Of a DNA stretch of 32,000 nt, positions 10,175 through 17,239 are shown in pieces. The position numbers and the translations under genes were made by a program. Each line of letters starts with the position of its first letter. The stretch's first letter is position 1. The notes below the pieces were generated by a model. That model ran no database searches. It was not told the origin of the DNA and saw only the letters and a program-made list of their open reading frames with translations. Source of the DNA: Acaryochloris marina MBIC11017 (GTDB taxonomy: Bacteria; Cyanobacteriota; Cyanobacteriia; Thermosynechococcales; Thermosynechococcaceae); assembly GCF_000018105.1 (NCBI RefSeq), contig NC_009925.1, forward strand, positions 840,001 through 872,000, written 5' to 3'.

Positions 10175-10480
10175 ATGTCATCAAAACGTCGTCAATATAG
10201 TGCTGAGTTCAAAGCTCAAGTGGTCTTACAATTGTTAAGCGGTGAAAAAACGAGCAGTGCATTGTGTCGCATCCATACCCTGCACTCTAGCCTCCTCAAC
10301 CGCTGGCGCAAGGAATTTCTAGCGCACGCCAGTAGCATTTTTGAGAGTCAGAACAACGACGACAACGCTGAAGCGAAAATTGCTCAGTTAGAGCGTCTAG
10401 TCGGCCAATTGACGCTGCAATTAGAGATCGCAAAAAAAGCCTCAATGTCCTTACACCTAACCAAAAACGGCAGATGGTGA
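10175..10480 (+). CDS. IS3-family transposase OrfA (helix-turn-helix / leucine-zipper part)
   Basis: 101-aa ORF beginning MSSKRRQYSAEFKAQVVLQLLSGEKTSSALCRIH, a typical IS3 OrfA. It ends shortly after the slippery run. Confidence 0.9.
   Translation: MSSKRRQYSAEFKAQVVLQLLSGEKTSSALCRIHTLHSSLLNRWRKEFLAHASSIFESQNNDDNAEAKIAQLERLVGQLTLQLEIAKKASMSLHLTKNGRW
10432..10439 (+). other. Programmed -1 ribosomal frameshift site (A AAA AAA G) fusing OrfA to OrfB
   Basis: The orfA frame reads GCA AAA AAA GCC. A -1 slip reads AAA AAA AGC CTC AAT GTC ... CAG ATG GTG AGA without a stop, running into the orfB frame (KKSLNVLTPNQKRQMVRQLQQ). A6G/A7 heptamers are the classic IS3 frameshift signal. Confidence 0.7.
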
Positions 10481-11331
10481 GACAGTTGCAGCAGGACTAT
10501 TCCATTCGCCAAATTTGTCAGGTACTCAATTACCCACGCTCTCAAGTGTATTACCATGCCAGAGGCCAACCGGATGAGAGCGAACTAAAAGCGGCCATTG
10601 CTGGAGTTGCTGGAGCCTATCCGACTTATGGCTATCGTCGAATCACCGCCCAACTGCAGCGTCAGGGGTATTGCGTTAACCATAAACGCGTGGCTCGACT
10701 AATGCGACAGATAGGGATTATGGCCAAGACCAAAGTCAAACGCAAACGCACCACCAATAGCGAACATTCGTTCCCTCGCTATGGCAATCGAGTGTTGAAT
10801 CTCTCCATCGACCATCCTGAGCAGGTGTGGGTGGCGGACATCACGTACATTCGCTTACAGCAGGAGTTTGTCTATTTGGCCGTCGTGATGGATGTCTTTA
10901 CTCGCGCCATTCGTGGCTGGCATCTGTCCCGCCATATCGACCAGCAACTAACGTTGAGGGCGTTGAACAAGGCGTTGGAGCGGGCAACGCCTGAGATTCA
11001 CCATTCTGACCAAGGGGTTCAGTATGCCGCTGCAGCCTATATGCAATTGCTCCAACAACACCAAGTGCAAATCAGTATGGCCGAGGTGGGACAGGCTTGG
11101 CAAAATGGCTATGCTGAGCGATTGATGAGAACGATAAAAGAAGAAGAGGTCGATTTATCAGACTATCGAAATTTTACTGAAGCGTATGAGCACATTGAGC
11201 AGTTTCTAGAAGATGTGTATATGCATAAGCGGATTCATTCATCACTGGGGTATTTGACACCCTGTGAATATGAGCAGCAGTGGAGACAACAGAACAATCA
11301 CTATTGTATGAATAAGGAGGATAGCGCTTAA
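10474..11331 (+). CDS. IS3-family transposase OrfB (DDE integrase catalytic domain)
   Basis: 285-aa ORF with DDE-type motifs: WVADITYI, HHSDQGVQY and NGYAERLMRTIKEE. It is in the -1 frame relative to orfA and overlaps it by 7 nt. Confidence 0.9.
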   Translation: MVRQLQQDYSIRQICQVLNYPRSQVYYHARGQPDESELKAAIAGVAGAYPTYGYRRITAQLQRQGYCVNHKRVARLMRQIGIMAKTKVKRKRTTNSEHSFPRYGNRVLNLSIDHPEQVWVADITYIRLQQEFVYLAVVMDVFTRAIRGWHLSRHIDQQLTLRALNKALERATPEIHHSDQGVQYAAAAYMQLLQQHQVQISMAEVGQAWQNGYAERLMRTIKEEEVDLSDYRNFTEAYEHIEQFLEDVYMHKRIHSSLGYLTPCEYEQQWRQQNNHYCMNKEDSA

Positions 11332-11344
11332 TTCATCTATTGCC

Positions 11345-11370
11345 CTGTCCGAATATAGGGGTTCACTTCA
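11345..11370 (-). repeat. IS3 element right terminal inverted repeat (IRR)
   Basis: Reverse complement TGAAGTGAACCCCTATATTCGGACAG pairs with IRL at 10108-10134. Confidence 0.85.
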
Positions 11371-11473
11371 GTGGTCCAGCGAACACGCTCTTCTATTGCA
11401 GCAGGATTCATGGGATCTTCTAGCAAGCGATAAGATTATTCTAGCTTTAGGACTCAGCAAGGTTGATGGCGAT

Positions 11474-11932
11474 CTAATGGGAATGGCTATGGTGGTGTCC
11501 CTGCTGACCATAAGCGCCTGCTTCGGGTTGAAAGGGATGCATTTCTTCCGTCACATCCATGCCTAACTGTTCCAGCATATTTTGCAAAACCGAATCAGGC
11601 GCAAGACGCAAGCAGGTCGATGTAATTTCTAACGGAACGTGGCGATTGCCTAAATGGTAGGCCCCTCGCAATAAATCTAGGGGAGTGGGAGCCTGGACCA
11701 TTAAAACAGGCTCGGGTTTGGCAACGATACGCAATACGGTATCGCTATCAGATTGAAGCAAGTCATTGTCATAAAGAACCGTGCCTCGATCTAGCTGTAG
11801 GAATACGGTTTGGCCTTCTGGAGTTTGGAATTTATGGCGCGATCGCGTTCGTTCCTCCGCCGTTAACGCTAACGTCAAATCCGCTTCACGTTTTTCTGCT
11901 TTAGACAGCTTACGAATAAATACCAGTGACAC
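11474..11932 (-). CDS. ureE: Urease accessory nickel chaperone UreE
   Basis: 152-aa ORF with UreE-like core [10 protein letters not shown] and a His-rich C-terminal tail [10 protein letters not shown]. Confidence 0.88.
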   Translation of the reverse strand: MSLVFIRKLSKAEKREADLTLALTAEERTRSRHKFQTPEGQTVFLQLDRGTVLYDNDLLQSDSDTVLRIVAKPEPVLMVQAPTPLDLLRGAYHLGNRHVPLEITSTCLRLAPDSVLQNMLEQLGMDVTEEMHPFQPEAGAYGQQGHHHSHSH

Positions 11933-12182
11933 GATCAGCTCTATCCCTTATGTCGACTTTAGTCCCCAGCATAAAGCGATAGAAGAAGCTTTGGGAATTC
12001 CCAATCACAAGAGCAATCGTTGAGCCAAACTGTGTTAATACCATGAGGTCTGGCGTAGGCAGGAACAATCCCAAATACCCCAACATCTATGAAGACTACA
12101 TTTGTCTAGGATGAACGGTACAAATCATCAATCGCGGATAGAAAAAGCATGGTACTAATAGATTTGAACCTGCGTTGGTATT

Positions 12183-13013
12183 GTGATGTCCTTAATTGAT
12201 GCCTCCCCCTCTGAACAGAGCAGGGAACCCGATGGCCTCCGCACTTCAACTGGTTCCCCAGCCATGGAACCATTGAGCCAAACAATGGATTTAGAACAGA
12301 TCAACCAACAATTTGATCAAGCATCTGCTGAGGATATTGTTGGTTGGGCTGCCGAGTCCTTTGGGGACGGCTTAGTGATGAGTACTAGCTTTGGCATCCA
12401 AGCAGCGGTAATGCTGCATTTAGTCACGCAGGTTGTCCCTGATATTCCCGTTATTTGGATTGATACGGGATATCTGCCTGCACAAACCTATTTGTTTGCT
12501 GAACAACTAACAGAACGACTAGGGCTTAACCTCAAGGTGTATCAGTCTGCTATTAGCCCTGCCCGCATGGAAGCGCTCTACGGCAAGCTTTGGGAATTTA
12601 ATGATGTCAAAGCGTTCAATCAGTACGATCAGATGCGGAAAGTTGAACCCATGCAGCGAGCCTTACAGGAACTGCAGGCAACAGCATGGCTGGCTGGACT
12701 ACGGAGTAAGCAAACCAGCTTCCGGCAGTCCTTGCGTCGAGTTGAGCCTCAAGGCGATCTGTATAAAATTCTCCCCATCCTGAACTGGCACTCTAAAGAT
12801 ATTTACCAATATCTTCAAGCCCATGATTTGCCCTATCATCCATTCTTCGACTTAGGCTATACCACTGTCGGAGATTGGCATTCTAGCCGTCCAGTCGGTG
12901 CCGATGACGATAATGATCGAGCCACCCGGTTCCAGGGACTCAAGGAAGAATGTGGTTTGCACTTACCACAAACCCCTGAAGAGTCACAAAGTCTAGATTC
13001 CAGTTCTTTGTAG
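12183..13013 (+). CDS. cysH: Phosphoadenosine phosphosulfate (PAPS) reductase CysH
   Basis: Close collinear resemblance to E. coli CysH as I recall it: [37 protein letters not shown], and the C-terminal catalytic ECGLH motif. I see no CC...CxxC Fe-S cysteine set, which favours the PAPS type over the APS type. The start is uncertain (GTG 12183, or an internal ATG such as the MEPLSQ codon). Confidence 0.9.
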   Translation: MMSLIDASPSEQSREPDGLRTSTGSPAMEPLSQTMDLEQINQQFDQASAEDIVGWAAESFGDGLVMSTSFGIQAAVMLHLVTQVVPDIPVIWIDTGYLPAQTYLFAEQLTERLGLNLKVYQSAISPARMEALYGKLWEFNDVKAFNQYDQMRKVEPMQRALQELQATAWLAGLRSKQTSFRQSLRRVEPQGDLYKILPILNWHSKDIYQYLQAHDLPYHPFFDLGYTTVGDWHSSRPVGADDDNDRATRFQGLKEECGLHLPQTPEESQSLDSSSL

Positions 13014-13067
13014 GCGTTTGCGATTCCAAAAAGCTAAGTTAGCAACGGCATGCTCCTGGGATGAACC

Positions 13068-13349
13068 ATGGCCAGAATCCATAGTAAAAAATATCGGGCA
13101 GCCGCCAGAGCCAAGGCTAAAGCAGAGGCAAAAGCTGCAGCCGAACGCCAATATCTGGCAGAAATCCATCAAACGCCATGTCCCAACTGTAATGCTCAAA
13201 ATACAGCTTTGATCTTGTATGGTTTACCTAGTTTTGACGAGCAAATGAAGCAAGATTTGGACAAGGGATTGCTGGTCTTAGGTGGGTGTGATCTGATGGA
13301 AACCAACCCAAAGCTGCACTGCAACCAATGCGGACATGAGTGGGGCTAG
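13068..13349 (+). CDS. Hypothetical small zinc-ribbon protein with a Lys/Ala-rich N-terminus
   Basis: 93-aa ORF with two CxxC pairs (CPNCN ... CNQCGHEW) and a basic low-complexity N-terminus (KKYRAAARAKAKAEAKAAAERQ). I do not recognise a family. Confidence 0.5.
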   Translation: MARIHSKKYRAAARAKAKAEAKAAAERQYLAEIHQTPCPNCNAQNTALILYGLPSFDEQMKQDLDKGLLVLGGCDLMETNPKLHCNQCGHEWG

Positions 13350-13417
13350 TCGTAGGTTTAGATATCGTTTGCTTAGGCACGCAAATAAGCTTTGAATACA
13401 GTTGAGTATTCAGCAAT

Positions 13418-14203
13418 ATGAGTCAGTTCAACTATTACGACAACATCGCTGCAATCTATGACCAAACGCGCTGGATGTCAGAGTCAGTGGCAGAAGAGGT
13501 CGCAGATTACATTTTGGCGCTGGTTCATGCCAATCCGGACACCTCTTTTTTAGAACCTGGTGTGGGGACAGGATTGAATGTCCTTCCCTTGGTTAAGCGG
13601 GGCTATTCTGTGACTGGCATAGATATTTCCCAGGAAATGCTCAATCAGTTTCGCAATAAGCTGAAGGGCAATCCTGAAAATCTGACTCTGATCCAGGCAG
13701 ATGCATCCCAACTTCCCTTGCCAGGTGCCAGTTTCGATGTTGTCCTTACGGTTCATATGGTGCATACCGTCTCTCACTGGCAGAAATTCTTAGGTGAGGT
13801 GGAACGAGTTCTCAAACCAGGGGGATTCTATTTGAATGCCCAATGGATCACGCCGCCCGCCCGCATGGAATTTGAGCATTACTTCAAAGCGTTTTTGGCG
13901 AAGGGCACCCACACACCATCTTCCACTCCCAGCCAAGAAATTAACGTAGAAGACTATTTCGGCCAAAAAGGATATCGAGCCAACTATGCAGTTGTTAAAA
14001 AATGGTTGGTGAGTAATACAGTTGAAGAGCTGCTTGGGTTTCTGCAAGCTCGCGCCTACGGTTTATGTTGGCGGTCATCAGACAAAGAATTTGAACGGGC
14101 ACTGAATAAATTTGAGACATTTTGCCTTGGGCACTATGGCTCATTAAAAACTGAAATATCGTCAGAAGCCCAGTTTGAGATATGGGCGTATCAACTCAGC
14201 TAG
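13418..14203 (+). CDS. Class I SAM-dependent methyltransferase
   Basis: 261-aa ORF with SAM-binding motif I (FLEPGVGTGLN), an acidic post-I residue (VTGIDIS) and a motif-II-like region (LIQADASQLPLP...FDVVL). Confidence 0.8.
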   Translation: MSQFNYYDNIAAIYDQTRWMSESVAEEVADYILALVHANPDTSFLEPGVGTGLNVLPLVKRGYSVTGIDISQEMLNQFRNKLKGNPENLTLIQADASQLPLPGASFDVVLTVHMVHTVSHWQKFLGEVERVLKPGGFYLNAQWITPPARMEFEHYFKAFLAKGTHTPSSTPSQEINVEDYFGQKGYRANYAVVKKWLVSNTVEELLGFLQARAYGLCWRSSDKEFERALNKFETFCLGHYGSLKTEISSEAQFEIWAYQLS

Positions 14204-14278
14204 CAGTCTGGTTTGGAAGTAATGTTCAACCGCTACGGTTAAACCTCTCCTGAAACCAGAATTCCAGTTGCTAGAATA

Positions 14279-14305
14279 TTGACGTACCCGATTTAAGTAC
14301 GTCAA
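14279..14305. promoter_or_regulatory. Perfect 9-bp inverted repeat (candidate YefM-YoeB operator) abutting the yefM start codon
   Basis: TTGACGTAC (14279-14287), a 9-nt spacer, then GTACGTCAA (14297-14305); the last A is the A of the ATG. Each arm carries a GTAC core, as in the E. coli yefM-yoeB operator palindromes. A -10-like TAGAAT lies at 14272-14277. Confidence 0.5.
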
Positions 14306-14598
14306 TGCTGCCAAAAACCCTTAGTTATAGTCAGGCTCGTGCTAATTTTGCAGAGACCCTGAATGATGTTGAAGACAATCGCTCTATTGTCATTGTTCAA
14401 CGTCCTAATCGACCCGGTGTGGCTTTAATTGCGGCAGATGAGCTGAGCAGCATGATGGAAACGGTTCACCTACTGAGATCGCCCGCCAATGCCACCCGTC
14501 TCTTTGATGCGATCGCACGAGCTGAAGCGGGAGAAGGACAGCCCACTACTCTAGATGAACTCACCCAGGAGCTGGGCTTTGGGGAAGAAGAAGGCTAA
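14305..14598 (+). CDS. yefM: Type II antitoxin, Phd/YefM family
   Basis: 97-aa ORF: SYSQARANFAETLNDVEDNRSIVIVQRPNRPGVALIAADELSSMMETVHLLRSPANA, with an acidic C-terminal tail. This is the classic YefM fold signature. Confidence 0.85.
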   Translation: MLPKTLSYSQARANFAETLNDVEDNRSIVIVQRPNRPGVALIAADELSSMMETVHLLRSPANATRLFDAIARAEAGEGQPTTLDELTQELGFGEEEG

Positions 14599-14875
14599 GT
14601 TTATCCCTACTGAGGTCAAGTGGGAAATCATCCTTGATCAAAATTTTAGAGAAGATTTGCAGTATTGGATTCAACAGGATCGGAAGCTGGCACTAAGGTT
14701 ACTGGCTGTGGTTGAATCCATTGCCATAAATCCATTTACTGGCATTGGCAAGCCCGAAGCTCTTAAGCATCTAGGTTCTAATTTGTGGTCCCGACGCCTG
14801 AATCAAGAACACCGCATTGTGTATCTTGTTCGGGATGGGAAAGTATATCTGCTAGCAGCAAAATATCACTATTAG
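14555..14875 (+). CDS. yoeB: Type II toxin, YoeB/Txe family mRNA interferase
   Basis: The C-terminal part, NPFTGIGKPEALKHLGSNLWSRRLNQEHRIVYLVRDGKVYLLAAKYHY, ends in the catalytic His-Tyr typical of YoeB. It overlaps the antitoxin 3' end. The true start is probably internal (for example TTG at about 14579), giving a protein of about 98 aa. Confidence 0.85.
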   Translation: MNSPRSWALGKKKAKFIPTEVKWEIILDQNFREDLQYWIQQDRKLALRLLAVVESIAINPFTGIGKPEALKHLGSNLWSRRLNQEHRIVYLVRDGKVYLLAAKYHY

Positions 14876-14887
14876 GCCATGCTCCCG

Positions 14888-15532
14888 TCAATTGCTTCGC
14901 ATCTGCGGGCAAGCAGGGGCTTTGGGTTGAGCAATCTGGCATTCACCTACTAGACAGGGCTGATTGTAAACCGCTTCTTCCTCAATAGGGGGGGCAGGAT
15001 GACCAAACACCATCTCGCAACTCATATCTTCAAAATTAGGGGTGAGGGTGAGGGGAAAGCCAAACTCCTTGGCAAAAAAGTCTTGGGTGGGTAACTTGCA
15101 CATATTCACACACATGCCCACGCAGCCACTTTCTTCTAGATAGCGACATTTTTGAATATGAAGACCGCTTCGTTGGGTGCGGAGCTGTCCATTTTCACCG
15201 ACGACCTCTACTTCCGTCAGATCACAAGGACCCACCAGCCAAGTAAACATCCGGCTGGCAAACCAGGCATTCCATTCTAAAATGCGCTTAGTGGGGTTAA
15301 ACAGAGTGCGAATCCCGAGTAGAACAAAGCTGGGGATGAGCGATCGCAACACCGTAGCCAAAGCTTCCTGCTGCTGCTTGGCATTTCGGCCTCGCATAAT
15401 TTGCACAGACAGATCGACCAGCCCTTCGTAACCCGCTAGCTCACTTTTTTGACCCGCTACCTGGGCCATCTTTTCTGAGAACAGCCAAATAAAAGCCCGA
15501 TCAAACCAATTGTCTTTGTAGACTGTCTTCAC
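14888..15532 (-). CDS. DUF4033 / D27-like (beta-carotene isomerase-like) Cys-rich protein
   Basis: 214-aa ORF containing KCRYLEESGCVGMCVNMCKLPTQDFFAKEFGFPLTLTPNFEDMSCEMVFG. This matches, from memory, the conserved cysteine block of plant and cyanobacterial D27 family proteins. Confidence 0.65.
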   Translation of the reverse strand: MKTVYKDNWFDRAFIWLFSEKMAQVAGQKSELAGYEGLVDLSVQIMRGRNAKQQQEALATVLRSLIPSFVLLGIRTLFNPTKRILEWNAWFASRMFTWLVGPCDLTEVEVVGENGQLRTQRSGLHIQKCRYLEESGCVGMCVNMCKLPTQDFFAKEFGFPLTLTPNFEDMSCEMVFGHPAPPIEEEAVYNQPCLVGECQIAQPKAPACPQMRSN

Positions 15533-15645
15533 CCAAATCTCCTACGCCTAGCGGGGCTACACCATTTCCTCAATATAACGGTAATTCAAAACCGAGTTAC
15601 GAGGTCATTCTGTAGCCCAGGCGAGAGGAGAGAGCGGTCATTAAC

Positions 15646-16182
15646 CTAGGAGCGACCACCGGCCCAAGTAACCCACCGACGGGATTCACCACTATGCCGC
15701 GCCGTTTGGCTTAATTCTGCTTGGGTAATGTTGGCACCGTTTAACTCAGCCCCACTCAATTCAGCGCCATCCAAACAAGCCCCAATGAAATCGGCATGAC
15801 TCAGATTGGCACACCGCAAGTCAGCACCTTTGAGATTAGCCCGCCCCAACTTTGCCCCACTGAGATCAGCACCAATCAAATTAACCTGGCTCAAGTTTGC
15901 ACTCCGCAGATCGGCCTGGCTTAAATCAGCATCTGTCAAATTGGCGTAACTCAGATTAGCACCATTCAAGTTTGTACTGGCTAAGTCCGCTTGACTCAGA
16001 TCAGCCCCACTCAAATTAATCTGACTTAAGGCTGCACCCCGCAGATCAATCTGATGACAATAGGCATTCTGGAAACTACGTTGTCCAGAACCATAATCTC
16101 GTAACAATTGAGTTGAATTCATAAGCTTTCCCTCTGCATACTTGCCATCGAGAGAGTGAATCTCCTCTCCAGATAGATTCAC
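15646..16182 (-). CDS. Pentapeptide-repeat protein
   Basis: About 25 consecutive A(D/N)LxX pentapeptides (ADLSQ ADLAS TNLNG ANLSY ANLTD ADLSQ ADLRS ANLSQ ...). The track start at 16182 is GTG. ATG at 16122 (MNSTQLL) has a GAGGGA Shine-Dalgarno and is the likelier start. Confidence 0.85.
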   Translation of the reverse strand: MNLSGEEIHSLDGKYAEGKLMNSTQLLRDYGSGQRSFQNAYCHQIDLRGAALSQINLSGADLSQADLASTNLNGANLSYANLTDADLSQADLRSANLSQVNLIGADLSGAKLGRANLKGADLRCANLSHADFIGACLDGAELSGAELNGANITQAELSQTARHSGESRRWVTWAGGRS

Positions 16183-16205
16183 TCTCTCCGTCCTGCATCA
16201 CCCCT

Positions 16206-16319
16206 CTAAAACAGTGATGCGATGGAAAAAAACAGAAATAACAAAATAAGCAAACCTGAAAATACAATGCCGTAAGGGTCACGATGCCAGAGATCATTCT
16301 GACGACGGGTCGTATTCAT
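16206..16319 (-). CDS. Candidate 37-aa single-pass membrane protein (below the ORF-track length cutoff)
   Basis: My translation is MNTTRRQNDLWHRDPYGIVFSGLLILLFLFFSIASLF followed by TAG. A strong GGGAGG Shine-Dalgarno lies 7 nt upstream of the ATG. The ORF ends 23 nt upstream of the pentapeptide-repeat ORF on the same strand. Confidence 0.4.
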   Translation of the reverse strand: MNTTRRQNDLWHRDPYGIVFSGLLILLFLFFSIASLF

Positions 16320-16420
16320 GAGCAATCCTCCCAATACCAACCAAAGCTGGAAGGGGACTTGACCCTTCCCTTATTTCGATATATCCAAATTAGGCAAAGA
16401 GTTTGAGGAAGTTGTGAGGA

Positions 16421-17101
16421 TTAAGAGGCTTTGGTCGCAGCCCCAATAATGTGGGGCTTGACGACCGCAATTGGGACTGGTGCTTCAAAGGTTTGATAGT
16501 CAACTTTGGCAAATCCAGCAGATTCAATCACCTTACCGGTCTCTCGATCTAGGCGACAGCCATCTCCGATGACTTGCCAGAGGGGACAAAGTCCCGTTTG
16601 GACACGGCGCAGAAAACTACCCGCAGGAGCCATGACATGCTCTATAAATAAAAATTGCCCCCCAGGCTTCAGGACCCGCAGAATATCTTGTACCGTGGAT
16701 TCTAAATCTGGGACTGAACAGAGGACGAGAGTACATAAGACGACATCCTTGCTGTTATCGGGAATAGCAATGTCAGCAAGCGTCGTTGTCTGTACGTCGA
16801 TATTTAGCCCTAGGGAATCCGCTTGCTGCTGGAGGTAAGGGTGCATATAGGGATTGGGCTCTAGACCTAACCAATGGATTTCAGGTTTAAAATACGGGAG
16901 GTTTGGCCCTGCACCAGGACCCAGTTCTAAGACTTCTCCTTGTAAATGTGAAAACAGCTGGCGTTTGCGATCAGCCATTTTGGTTTCATACCCCTGAGCA
17001 GCCGTAGCCATCGCCCAGGCAAAAAAACGTTGATACCACTGTGGGCTGTGCCAGGCGGTACTAGTTTGGGATGGAGTCTTAGGCATAGCCAGAATATTCA
17101 A
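16421..17101 (-). CDS. Class I SAM-dependent methyltransferase (Methyltransf_11-like)
   Basis: 226-aa ORF with motif I VLELGPGAGPN, then DVVLCTLVLCSV and LKPGGQFLFIEH. Confidence 0.8.
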   Translation of the reverse strand: MNILAMPKTPSQTSTAWHSPQWYQRFFAWAMATAAQGYETKMADRKRQLFSHLQGEVLELGPGAGPNLPYFKPEIHWLGLEPNPYMHPYLQQQADSLGLNIDVQTTTLADIAIPDNSKDVVLCTLVLCSVPDLESTVQDILRVLKPGGQFLFIEHVMAPAGSFLRRVQTGLCPLWQVIGDGCRLDRETGKVIESAGFAKVDYQTFEAPVPIAVVKPHIIGAATKAS

Positions 17102-17239
17102 TACAACCTATGGCTTAATTCTAAGAGTCTTTTGGACAAGGACTTTGATGGAAATAAACCTGTAACTGATTCAAGCACGCTAACCTTTGGAAGCAAAATA
17201 ATGATGTCTTTAAGGAATTGCTAAACTGGCACCCATAAG

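Larger units (their letters stand above)
10108..11370 (+). mobile_element. IS3-family insertion sequence (1263 bp) with imperfect terminal inverted repeats and a 3-bp target duplication
   Basis: IRL TGAAGTGACCCCCAAGATTCGGACAAG (10108-10134) matches the reverse complement of IRR (11345-11370), TGAAGTGAACCCCTATATTCGGACAG, at 22 of 26 positions. The ends are TG...CA. GTG is duplicated at 10105-10107 and 11371-11373. The element contains orfA/orfB with an A7G slippery site. Confidence 0.9.
9573..11411 (-). pseudogene. Uma2 (DUF820) family endonuclease gene, inactivated by an IS3 insertion and by an in-frame TGA
   Basis: The gene segments are 11411..11371 and 10107..9573. Removing the IS and one GTG copy restores the in-frame sequence MNPAAIEERVRWTTSDLELLPESSNRYEIIDGDLFV..., a typical Uma2 N-terminus. 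The two track ORFs (9885..10184 and 9573..9857) share one frame and are separated only by TGA at 9885-9887, in the context PDVV*VSKERL. The PD-(D/E)xK core EFVIEVLS...D...K is present. Confidence 0.8.

Noticed and set aside
9885-10184. The 99-aa track ORF starting MMTLISLIRYKITMLKDLSESWGSLH, read as an intact gene
   Set aside because: Its first 26 codons or so are read-through of the IS3 left inverted repeat and leader (10108-10184) on the opposite strand. Only the part from 10107 downward belongs to the original Uma2 gene, so the ORF is an insertion-generated chimera.
7674-11838. Absence of HIP1 sites across the ureF-ureE insert, as evidence for horizontal acquisition
   Set aside because: An even longer HIP1-free gap (862-7565) covers clearly native genes (urtB, urtA, ureG). 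With about 13 sites in 32 kb, the gap is not statistically informative.
15646-16122. 15-nt periodic DNA repetition that could be mistaken for a tandem repeat or a CRISPR-like array
   Set aside because: The periodicity is the coding consequence of A(D/N)LxX pentapeptide repeats in one long ORF. The units are degenerate and there are no spacer-repeat alternations.
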